Shown here: positions 9,114 through 16,583 of the stretch, piece after piece
Position numbering within the stretch: position 1 is the first letter of the stretch
How the letters are laid out: every line of letters starts with the position of its first letter
NCBI GenBank assembly: GCA_036269455.1
Contig: DATARS010000209.1
Span: forward strand, 1 to 61,361
Origin: Candidatus Dormiibacterota bacterium
GTDB taxonomy: Bacteria > Chloroflexota > Dormibacteria > Aeolococcales > Aeolococcaceae
Reading direction: 5' to 3'
Length of the DNA: 61,361 nt
Program-made: the position numbers and the translations under genes
Notes under the pieces: model-generated
The model's input: only the letters and a program-made list of their open reading frames with translations
The model's database searches: none
What the model was told of the DNA's origin: nothing

Positions 9114-9806
9114 ATGATTCGCTCGACGCGCCACCCGCGCCGCCGGAGGCCCACATGCCGCCGCGCTCTGCTCGGCCTGCCCCTGCTCGCCCTGCTCGCC
9201 GCCGCGCCTCTGGCGCCGGGGATCGTGCCGGCGCCCGTCACCGCGGTGCGCGCGGCGGACTGCCCGCTGCCGCCGCAGCTCTGCCCGCCCTCCTCCCCCG
9301 ATCCCACGCCGCGGTCGACCTCGACGCCCCGTGCGCCGACCCCGCAGCCGAGCGCCGACGCGACCGCGACCCCCACCGCCGAGGCGACGCCGCCCGCGGC
9401 GGCGACCTCGACCCCGCGTCCCAGCCCCTCCGCCCACGGCACCGCGACGCCGGCGGCCGGGACCGCCTCCGCGCCCGTGGTTGCGCCGCCGGGGACGAGC
9501 CCGAGCCCGTCCCCCTCGGTGGCGCCGCCGCTGAGCGGCGCTCAGCCCCCGCCCGGTGACGCCACGCCGGTGCGCACCCTGGGGACGGTGGCTCCGAGCC
9601 ACGCCGCGATGAGCGCCTGGCAGGTGCTCTTCGGGGTGCTCGGCGCCGTGGCGGTGGTGGCCCTGCTGGTGCTCCGAGCCCAGCGCCAGCGCCGCCGAGC
9701 CGCCCTCTACGCCCGCTTCAACCGCATGCGCGTCGAGCGCGGCCTGACCGCGCTCACCCCCCGGCAGATCGACTTCCTCGGCCCCAGACGCCGGTTCTTC
9801 GACTAG
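9114..9806 (+). CDS. Pro/Thr/Ser/Ala-rich exported protein with a C-terminal membrane anchor
   Basis: Signal-like N-terminus (RRALLGLPLLALLAAAPLAPG). Long low-complexity P/T/S/A region. One TM helix (WQVLFGVLGAVAVVALLVL) followed by a basic tail. Very high GC3 in this frame. Confidence 0.5.
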   Translation: MIRSTRHPRRRRPTCRRALLGLPLLALLAAAPLAPGIVPAPVTAVRAADCPLPPQLCPPSSPDPTPRSTSTPRAPTPQPSADATATPTAEATPPAAATSTPRPSPSAHGTATPAAGTASAPVVAPPGTSPSPSPSVAPPLSGAQPPPGDATPVRTLGTVAPSHAAMSAWQVLFGVLGAVAVVALLVLRAQRQRRRAALYARFNRMRVERGLTALTPRQIDFLGPRRRFFD

Positions 9807-10345
9807 GACGCGTCCTCGACGGTGCGGGCGAAGATGCGGTGGTCCTCCCAGGAGCCGTTGATGAGCAGGTAGCGGCGGGCCAGCCCCTCCTCGCGGAAGC
9901 CGGCGCGGGCGATCACCCGCAGCGAGGCATGGTTGGCGGGCATCACCGCGGCCTCGATGCGGTGCAGGCGCAGCTCGGTGAAGGCGTGGACCAGGGTGAG
10001 GCGCACCGCCTCGACGGCGTAGCCGCGTCCGCAGTGCGCCTCGTCGACGAGGTAGCCGAGATGGCCGCTCTGGAACGGGCCGCGCATGATCCCGCTCAGC
10101 CCGATCCGGCCCACCAGCGCTCCGCCGATGTCCTCGACGACGCCGAACTCCGCCGAGCGACCCGCGGAGCGGGCGGCGGCGGCCTCGAGGCTGCGCGCGC
10201 GCTGCCCCTCGACGGTGTGGAATCCCGGCGGCGGCACCGGCTCCCAGGGCGCGAGGTGCTCGCGGTTGCGGACGTAGAGGTCGAGGACGCTCACCGGGTC
10301 CAGCGACTCCCAGCGCACCAGGTGGATCGCCACGGACGGAGCCAT
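9803..10345 (-). CDS. GNAT N-acetyltransferase (RimJ/RimL-like)
   Basis: LVGRIGLSGIMRGPFQSGHLGYLVDEAHCGRGYAVEAVRLTLVHAF..LRLHRIEAAVMPANHASLRVIARAGFREEG. Start taken at MAPSVAIHLVRW (ATG 10345). Confidence 0.8.
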   Translation of the reverse strand: MAPSVAIHLVRWESLDPVSVLDLYVRNREHLAPWEPVPPPGFHTVEGQRARSLEAAAARSAGRSAEFGVVEDIGGALVGRIGLSGIMRGPFQSGHLGYLVDEAHCGRGYAVEAVRLTLVHAFTELRLHRIEAAVMPANHASLRVIARAGFREEGLARRYLLINGSWEDHRIFARTVEDAS

Positions 10346-10370
10346 GCGGCGAGGATAGGCGGCGGCGCGC

Positions 10371-10388
10371 GTTGCATGAATATTCATC
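10371..10388 (+). promoter_or_regulatory. ARG box (ArgR operator)
   Basis: gtTGCATGAATATTCAtc. The core TGCAT-GAAT-ATTCA matches the TGAAT-N4-ATTCA / TGCAT-type ARG-box palindrome. It overlaps the putative -35 of argC, and argR is encoded in the same operon. Confidence 0.55.
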
Positions 10389-10401
10389 AGACATGTATAA
10401 A
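10372..10401 (+). promoter_or_regulatory. candidate argC promoter (TTGCAT-18 nt-TATAAA), probably leaderless
   Basis: A locally AT-rich island in a GC-rich genome. The -10 ends 7 nt before the in-frame GTG at 10409. Confidence 0.45.
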
Positions 10402-10408
10402 GAACGCC

Positions 10409-11428
10409 GTGAGCACACGCCCCCGCGTCGCCGTCGCCGGAGCCAGCGGCTACATCGGACTGCAGTGCGTCGAGATCCTCGCGCGCCATCCCGACCTCGA
10501 GCTGACCCGGCTGCTCGCCCGCTCCCACGCCGGCAGACGCTTCTGCGACGTCGTCCCCGGCAGCTCCGTCGACCTGCCCCTGGAGGCCGGGCTCGAGGTC
10601 GACGGCGTCGACGTGGTGTTCGCCGCCCTGCCCCACACCGTCGCCGCCAGCCACGCCCGCGGCTGGATCGAGGGGGGCGCGGTCGTCGTCGACATGAGCG
10701 CCGACTTCCGGCTGCGCGACGCCGCGGACTACGAGCGCTGGTACGGGGTCACCCATCCCGCCCCCGAGCTCTGCGGCGAGTCCGTCTACGCGCTCTGCGA
10801 GCTGCTGAACGGCGAGCTCCGCGGCGCCGACCTCATCGCCGTCCCCGGCTGCTACCCGACCGCGACCCTGCTCGCCACCGTTCCCGCGGTGCGCGCCGGG
10901 CTGGTCGAGACCGACATCGTCGTCGACGCCAAGAGCGGGGTGAGCGGCGCCGGGCGTTCGCCGTCGATGGGGGCGCACTACGCCGAGGTCAACGAATCGG
11001 TGAAGGCGTACGGCGTCGACGGCCACCGCCACAAGGCGGAGATGCTCCAGCAGCTGCGCGACGCCAACGGTGGCGACATCCGGCTGACGTTCGTCCCCCA
11101 CCTGATCCCGATGACCCGCGGCATCCTCGCCACCGCCTACCTGCACCCCGCCGCGGGCACCGGGATCGACGAGCTGCGCGAGCTCTACCGCGGCCTCTGC
11201 GACGCCCATCCCTGCCTGCGCTACGACGAGACCCCGCCGCCGACCAAGTCGGTGCTCGGCAGCAACCTCGCCGCGCTCAACGTGAGCATGCAGGACGGCG
11301 TCGCCGTGGTCACCTGTGCCGTCGACAACCTGGTCAAGGGCGCGGGCGGCCAGGGCATCCAGGCGCTCAACCTGCGGCTCGGACTGGAGGAGACGGCGGG
11401 GCTTCCGCTGCACCCGGTGTGGCCGTGA
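10409..11428 (+). CDS. argC: N-acetyl-gamma-glutamyl-phosphate reductase
   Basis: RVAVAGASGYIGLQCVEIL, LIAVPGCYPTATLLA, VVDAKSGVSGAGR, FVPHLIPMTRGIL, VDNLVKGAGGQGIQ. Start GTG 10409 preferred; the ATG at 10376 lies inside the operator. Confidence 0.88.
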   Translation: MSTRPRVAVAGASGYIGLQCVEILARHPDLELTRLLARSHAGRRFCDVVPGSSVDLPLEAGLEVDGVDVVFAALPHTVAASHARGWIEGGAVVVDMSADFRLRDAADYERWYGVTHPAPELCGESVYALCELLNGELRGADLIAVPGCYPTATLLATVPAVRAGLVETDIVVDAKSGVSGAGRSPSMGAHYAEVNESVKAYGVDGHRHKAEMLQQLRDANGGDIRLTFVPHLIPMTRGILATAYLHPAAGTGIDELRELYRGLCDAHPCLRYDETPPPTKSVLGSNLAALNVSMQDGVAVVTCAVDNLVKGAGGQGIQALNLRLGLEETAGLPLHPVWP

Positions 11429-12648
11429 CCCAGCTCGTCGCCGGCGGCGGGCGCGACACCGGCGTCTGCGCGCCGCGGGGATTCCTCGCCGGGGCGGCCG
11501 CCGCCGACATCCGCGACCACGGCGACGGCCGCCTCGACGTCGCCGTGGTGCGCAGCCAGCGCCCCTGCCGGGCGGCCGGGGTGTTCACCCGCAACCTGGT
11601 CAAGGCCGCGCCGGTGGTGATCTCCCAGCTCAGCCTGCGCCAGAACCGCGTGCAGGCCGTTCTCTTCAACTCCGGCAACGCCAACGCCTGCACCGGGGTC
11701 CAGGGCTTCCGCGACGCGCTGGCGATGTGCAAGGCGGCGGGCGACGCCTGCGACCTCGACCCCGCCCAGGTGCTGGTCTGCAGCACCGGGGTGATCGGCC
11801 GCCAGATGCCGATGCCGCGGGTGCTCGCCGGGGTGCGCGGCGCCGCGGCGGAGCTGCGGCCCGACGCCGGCGACGAGGTGGCGCGGGCGATCATGACCAC
11901 CGACACCGTCCCCAAGCAGGCGGTGCGCCGCCTGGAGCTCGAGGGACGCGAGGTGGTCGTCGGCGGCGTGGCCAAGGGATCGGGAATGATCCACCCCGAC
12001 ATGGCCACCCTCCTCGCCCTGGTCACCACCGACGCCCACGTCGCCGACGGGGTGCTGCAGCCGCTGCTCCGCAGGGTCACCGACCAGACCTTCAACTGCG
12101 TCACCGTCGACGGCGACACCTCGACCAACGACACCCTGCTGCTCCTCGCCAACGGCGCCGCCGGCGGCGAGCCGCTCACCGCCGGGGGCTCGGTGGCGCT
12201 GCTCGAGACCGCGGTGCTCGAGGTCTGCGACGAGCTCGCCGAGATGATCGCCGCCGACGGCGAGGGGGCGACCCGCCACTTCCGCGTCGAGGTGCGCGGT
12301 GCCGCGTCGGTCGAGCAGGCGCGGCTCGCCGCGCGCACCATCGCCGCCAGTCCGCTGGTGAAGACCGCGATCCACGGCTGCGACCCCAACTGGGGGCGCA
12401 TCGTCGCCGCCGCCGGGCGCAGCGGTGCCGAGTTCGTCCTCGACCGCTGCACGGTGGTGATCGGCGGCATCACCGTCTTCGAGGCGGGCGCGCCCGTCGA
12501 CGCCGACCTCGACGCCATCCGCCGCGTCTTCGCCGCGCCGCGCATCGACCTCGGGGTCGAGCTCGGCGCGGGCGAGTCGGTGGGGCACGCCTGGGGCTGC
12601 GACCTCGGCGACGGCTACGTGCGCATCAACGCCGACTACACGACGTAG
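11425..12648 (+). CDS. argJ: bifunctional ornithine acetyltransferase / N-acetylglutamate synthase
   Basis: VFTRNLVKAAPV, FNSGNANACTG, STGVIG, IMTTDT, AKGSGMIHPDMATLLALVTTD, VDGDTSTNDT, DPNWGRI, INADYTT. GTGA overlap with argC. Confidence 0.92.
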   Translation: MTQLVAGGGRDTGVCAPRGFLAGAAAADIRDHGDGRLDVAVVRSQRPCRAAGVFTRNLVKAAPVVISQLSLRQNRVQAVLFNSGNANACTGVQGFRDALAMCKAAGDACDLDPAQVLVCSTGVIGRQMPMPRVLAGVRGAAAELRPDAGDEVARAIMTTDTVPKQAVRRLELEGREVVVGGVAKGSGMIHPDMATLLALVTTDAHVADGVLQPLLRRVTDQTFNCVTVDGDTSTNDTLLLLANGAAGGEPLTAGGSVALLETAVLEVCDELAEMIAADGEGATRHFRVEVRGAASVEQARLAARTIAASPLVKTAIHGCDPNWGRIVAAAGRSGAEFVLDRCTVVIGGITVFEAGAPVDADLDAIRRVFAAPRIDLGVELGAGESVGHAWGCDLGDGYVRINADYTT

Positions 12649-12668
12649 CGGATCAGCGGAGCTTCCGA

Positions 12669-13571
12669 ATGACCGTGGAGACGATGGACGACCGCATCCG
12701 CCGTGCCGAGGTGCTGGTCGAGGCGCTGCCCTTCATCCGCCGCTTCGCCGGCCAGACCGTGGTGGTCAAGCTCGGCGGCGCCGCGATCGAGAGCGGCAAT
12801 CCCGAGCCGGTGCTCCAGGACGTCGTGCTGCTGCGCTTCGTCGGCATGCGGCCGGTGCTGGTGCACGGCGGCGGCCCGGAGATCAGCGCCTGGCAGAAGC
12901 GCATGGGGATGGAGACGCGCTTCGTGAACGGGCTGAGGGTCACCGACGCGCAGACCATGGAGATCGCCAAGATGGTGCTCACCGGCAAGGTGGGCCCCGA
13001 GCTCGTCGCCGGGATCCACCGCCTCGGCGGCCGCGCCATCGGTCTCAGCGGCGAGGATGGACCCACCCTGCTGGTGCAGCCGCGTCCCCCCGAGGCGGGC
13101 GAGGACCTCGGCTTCGTCGGCGACGTCGCCCAGGTCAATCCCGAGCCGATCGAGTCGATCCTTGACCAGGGGCGCATCCCCGTGGTCGCCTCCATCGGCC
13201 TCGGCTACGACGGTCAGGCGTACAACGTCAACGCCGACTCCGTCGCCGCCGAGCTGTCGGTGGCGCTGCGGGCGTCGAAGCTGCTGCTGCTCACCGACAT
13301 CGACGGCATCCACGACTCCGACGGCTCGCTGATCAGCGAGCTCGATCCGGCGCGGGCGCAGCGGCTGATCGCGGCGGGGACGATCCGCGGCGGGATGATC
13401 CCCAAGGTGCTCGCCGGGCTGCGCGCGCTCGAGGGCGGCGGTGCCGCGCACGTCATCGACGGCCGCGTCCCGCACTCGCTGCTGCTCGAGCTGCTCACCG
13501 AGTCGGGGGTGGGGACGATGCTCCGCCAGAGCGGCGGCGACGCCCCGGACGCCCCGGAGGACGCGGGATGA
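12669..13571 (+). CDS. argB: acetylglutamate kinase
   Basis: VLVEALPFIRRFAGQTVVVKLGGAA, PVLVHGGGPEIS, FVNGLRVTD, GFVGDV, YNVNADSVAAELS, LLLLTDIDG, GGMIPKV. Confidence 0.92.
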   Translation: MTVETMDDRIRRAEVLVEALPFIRRFAGQTVVVKLGGAAIESGNPEPVLQDVVLLRFVGMRPVLVHGGGPEISAWQKRMGMETRFVNGLRVTDAQTMEIAKMVLTGKVGPELVAGIHRLGGRAIGLSGEDGPTLLVQPRPPEAGEDLGFVGDVAQVNPEPIESILDQGRIPVVASIGLGYDGQAYNVNADSVAAELSVALRASKLLLLTDIDGIHDSDGSLISELDPARAQRLIAAGTIRGGMIPKVLAGLRALEGGGAAHVIDGRVPHSLLLELLTESGVGTMLRQSGGDAPDAPEDAG

Positions 13572-14773
13572 GCAGCGTCGGCACCACCGGGCTCGACGCC
13601 CTGCGCGAGCAGGAGTCGCGCTACATCATGGGCACCTATGCGCGCCAGCCACTCGCGCTGGTGCGCGGCGAGGGCGTGCGCGTCTGGGACTCCGAGGGCA
13701 ACGAGCTCCTCGACATGGTCGCGGGCATCGCCGTCAACGTGCTCGGCCACGCACCCGCCGCGGTGCGCGCCGCGCTCGAGCGGCAGTCGTCGCTGCTCCT
13801 CCACGTCAGCAACCTCTACTACACCGAGCCGATGGTCGAGGCGGCGCGGCGGCTGGTCGAGACCGCCTTTGCCGCGCGCGTCTTCTTCTGCAACAGCGGC
13901 GCCGAGGCGAACGAGGGCGCGATCAAGATCGCGCGCAAGTGGGGCCAGCGCAACCGTGACGGCGCCCACCGGATCATCTGCATGCGCAACGCCTTCCACG
14001 GCCGCACCCTGGCGACGCTCGCGGCCACCGGCAACCAGCGCTACATCGCCCCCTTCGCGCCGGTCACCGACGGCTTCGTCCATGTGGACTTCGACGACGC
14101 GGACGCCGTCGCCGCGGCGGTCGACGACCGCACCGTCGCGGTGATGCTCGAGCCGGTGCAGGGCGAGACCGGGATCCATCCGGTGCGCGACGAGACCCTC
14201 CGTGCGCTGCGCGCGCTCTGCGACGAGCGCGGGCTGCTGCTCATCCTCGACGAGGTGCAGACCGGCATGGGCCGCACCGGGCGGTGGTGGGCGCACCAGC
14301 ACGCCGGCGTCACCCCCGATGTGATGACCGTCGCCAAGGGACTCGGCGGTGGCGTCCCCATCGGCGCCATCCTCGCCGCGCCGCGCGCCGACGTGCTCGA
14401 GCCCGGCGACCACGGCTGCACCTTCGGTGGCAACCCGCTGGTCACCGCGGTCGCCGCCGAGGTGCTGCGCACCATCGACGAGCGCGGGCTGGTGGCCCAC
14501 GCGGCGCGCACCGGCGAGCACCTGCAGGGCCGCCTGCGCGAGCTCGGCGCGGCCGTGGTCGCGGTGCGCGGCCGGGGACTGATGGTCGCCGCCGACCTCG
14601 ACGCCGACCTCGCCCCGCAGGTGGTGCGCGCGGGGTTGGGCAGCGGGGTGATCGTCAACGCCACCGGTCCGAGGACTCTGCGGCTGGTGCCGCCGCTCAT
14701 CCTCACCGAGGCCGAGGCCGACGAGGCGGTGGCGCGCCTGGGCGTGGCCATCCGCCGTGCGGGGAACTCGTGA
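13568..14773 (+). CDS. argD: acetylornithine aminotransferase
   Basis: YARQPLALVRGEGVRVWDSEGNELLD, GIAVNVLGH, FFCNSGAEANEGAIKIARK, ILDEVQTGMGRTG, TVAKGLGGG, GCTFGGNPL, LRLVPPL. ATGA overlap with argB. Confidence 0.9.
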   Translation: MSSVGTTGLDALREQESRYIMGTYARQPLALVRGEGVRVWDSEGNELLDMVAGIAVNVLGHAPAAVRAALERQSSLLLHVSNLYYTEPMVEAARRLVETAFAARVFFCNSGAEANEGAIKIARKWGQRNRDGAHRIICMRNAFHGRTLATLAATGNQRYIAPFAPVTDGFVHVDFDDADAVAAAVDDRTVAVMLEPVQGETGIHPVRDETLRALRALCDERGLLLILDEVQTGMGRTGRWWAHQHAGVTPDVMTVAKGLGGGVPIGAILAAPRADVLEPGDHGCTFGGNPLVTAVAAEVLRTIDERGLVAHAARTGEHLQGRLRELGAAVVAVRGRGLMVAADLDADLAPQVVRAGLGSGVIVNATGPRTLRLVPPLILTEAEADEAVARLGVAIRRAGNS

Positions 14774-15315
14774 CCACCCGAGCCACCCGCGGCGGCGCGG
14801 CGGCGGCGCCCCCCGCCCGCGGCTCACGCGTCCCCGGCAAGGTGGAGCGCCAGCAGGCGATCCTCGACCTCGTCGGCGGCCGCGCCATCCGCACCCAGGA
14901 CGAGCTGGTGGCGGCGCTGCGCGGCCGCGGGCTGCTCGTCACCCAGGCCACGGTGAGCCGCGACCTCCGCGAGCTCGGCCTCGCCCGGGTCGCCGGGGGC
15001 GAGGGGCCGCGCTACATCGCGCCCGCCGCCGAGGCGGAGACGAGCATCACCAACCGGCTCCGCGCGGTGCTCCGCGAGCACGTCCGCGGGATCGACTTCG
15101 TCGACTTCGTCGGGGTGCTGCGCACCCGCCCGAGCACGGCGCCGCTGGTCGCCGCCGCCCTCGACGGCGCCCGCTACGACGAGGTCGCCGGCACCGTCGC
15201 CGGCGACGACACCGTGCTGCTGATCGCCCGCGGCTCCGAGGCGGCGGCGGCGCTGCGGGCCCGGCTGCTTCCCATGCTCGGCCGGCGCGGCGCGCCCGAG
15301 GAGGTCTCCCGATGA
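14770..15315 (+). CDS. argR: arginine repressor
   Basis: RQQAILDLVGGRAIRTQDELVAALRGRGLLVTQATVSRDLRELGL (winged HTH), then GTVAGDDTVLLI (oligomerisation/arginine domain). GTGA overlap with argD. Confidence 0.85.
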   Translation: MTTRATRGGAAAAPPARGSRVPGKVERQQAILDLVGGRAIRTQDELVAALRGRGLLVTQATVSRDLRELGLARVAGGEGPRYIAPAAEAETSITNRLRAVLREHVRGIDFVDFVGVLRTRPSTAPLVAAALDGARYDEVAGTVAGDDTVLLIARGSEAAAALRARLLPMLGRRGAPEEVSR

Positions 15316-16583
15316 CGGCACCGCAGCGCTGCGTGCTCGCCTACAGCGGGGGGCTCGACACCTCCGTCGCCATCCCCTGGATGCGTGAGAACCTCGGCAC
15401 CGAGGTGATCGCGCTGAGCATCGACCTCGGCGAGGCCCGCGACCTGCGCAGCGTCCAGGAGCGTGCCCTGCGCACCGGCGCGGTCGCCGCCTACGTCGTC
15501 GACGCCCGGCGGCTCTTCGTCGAGAACTTCGCCTTCCCCTCGCTGATGGCGGGCGCGCTCTACGAGGGGGTGTACCCGCTCGCCACCGCGCTGGGGCGGC
15601 CGCTGATCGCCAAGCTGCTCGTCGACCTCGCCCGCGAGGAGGGCGCAACCGCGGTCGCCCACGGCTGCACGGGCAAGGGCAACGACCAGGTGCGCTTCGA
15701 CGTCGCCGTCGCCGCGCTCGCCCCGGAGCTCAGCGTGCTCGCGCCGGTGCGCGACTGGGAGATGGGCCGTCCCGACGAGCTCCGGTACGCCGCCGAGCAC
15801 GGCATCGAGGTGTCCGCGACGGTCGCCTCGCCGTACTCGGTCGACGCCAACCTCTGGGGGCGCAGCATCGAGGCCGGGGTGCTCGAGGATCCCTGGGAGG
15901 AGCCACCGCGCGACGTCTTCCAGTGGACCGTCGACCCCTCCGAGGCGCCCCCCCAGGGTGCGCTCGTGGAGATCGGCTTCGAGCAGGGACGCCCGGTGTC
16001 GCTCGACGGCGAGACGCTCGCCGCCGAGGCGCTCGTCGAGCGGCTCAACGCGCTCGGCGGCGCGCACGGCATCGGGCGTATCGACCACGTCGAGAACCGC
16101 CTGGTGGGGATCAAGTCGCGGGAGATCTACGAGGCGCCCGCGGCGACCGTCCTCTTCGCGGCCCACCAGGCACTGGAGTCGCTGACCCTCGCCCGCGACG
16201 TCGCGCAGTTCAAGCGCATCGTCGCCGAGGAGTGGGCACGGCTGGTCTACGATGGGCTCTGGTTCAGCGCCCTGCGCCACGACCTCTGGGCGTTCGTCCG
16301 CTCCACCCAGGAGTTCGTGACCGGTGAGGTGCGGCTGCGGCTGCAGTCGGGCTCGCTGCGGGTGGTGGGGCGCAAATCGCAGCAGTCGCTCTACCGCCAC
16401 GAGCTCGCCACCTACGACCGCGCCGGCGACCAGTTCAGCCACCGGTCGGCGCGCGGCTTCATCGAGCTCTTCGGCCTGCCGCTGCGCACCCAGACCGCGG
16501 TGCAGCACGCCCTCGGCGATGCCTCGCGGCGGCTGCTTCCCGAGCGACTGGATCGGCTCAGCGCAGACGGGAACCCGACATGA
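15312..16583 (+). CDS. argG: argininosuccinate synthase
   Basis: VLAYSGGLDTSV, ALGRPLIAK, AVAHGCTGKGNDQVRF, SVDANLWGRSIE, ENRLVGIKSREIYE, LWFS. ATGA overlap with argR. Confidence 0.93.
   Translation: MTAPQRCVLAYSGGLDTSVAIPWMRENLGTEVIALSIDLGEARDLRSVQERALRTGAVAAYVVDARRLFVENFAFPSLMAGALYEGVYPLATALGRPLIAKLLVDLAREEGATAVAHGCTGKGNDQVRFDVAVAALAPELSVLAPVRDWEMGRPDELRYAAEHGIEVSATVASPYSVDANLWGRSIEAGVLEDPWEEPPRDVFQWTVDPSEAPPQGALVEIGFEQGRPVSLDGETLAAEALVERLNALGGAHGIGRIDHVENRLVGIKSREIYEAPAATVLFAAHQALESLTLARDVAQFKRIVAEEWARLVYDGLWFSALRHDLWAFVRSTQEFVTGEVRLRLQSGSLRVVGRKSQQSLYRHELATYDRAGDQFSHRSARGFIELFGLPLRTQTAVQHALGDASRRLLPERLDRLSADGNPT

Noticed and set aside
9020-9559. Alternative frame for the gene after hisI; a GTG at 9050 lies right after a TAGACT box
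   Set aside because: The translation is an R/A/P/G-rich string without signal or TM features. The 9114 frame has higher GC3, a signal-like N-terminus and a C-terminal TM helix. I kept the 9114 frame but with modest confidence.
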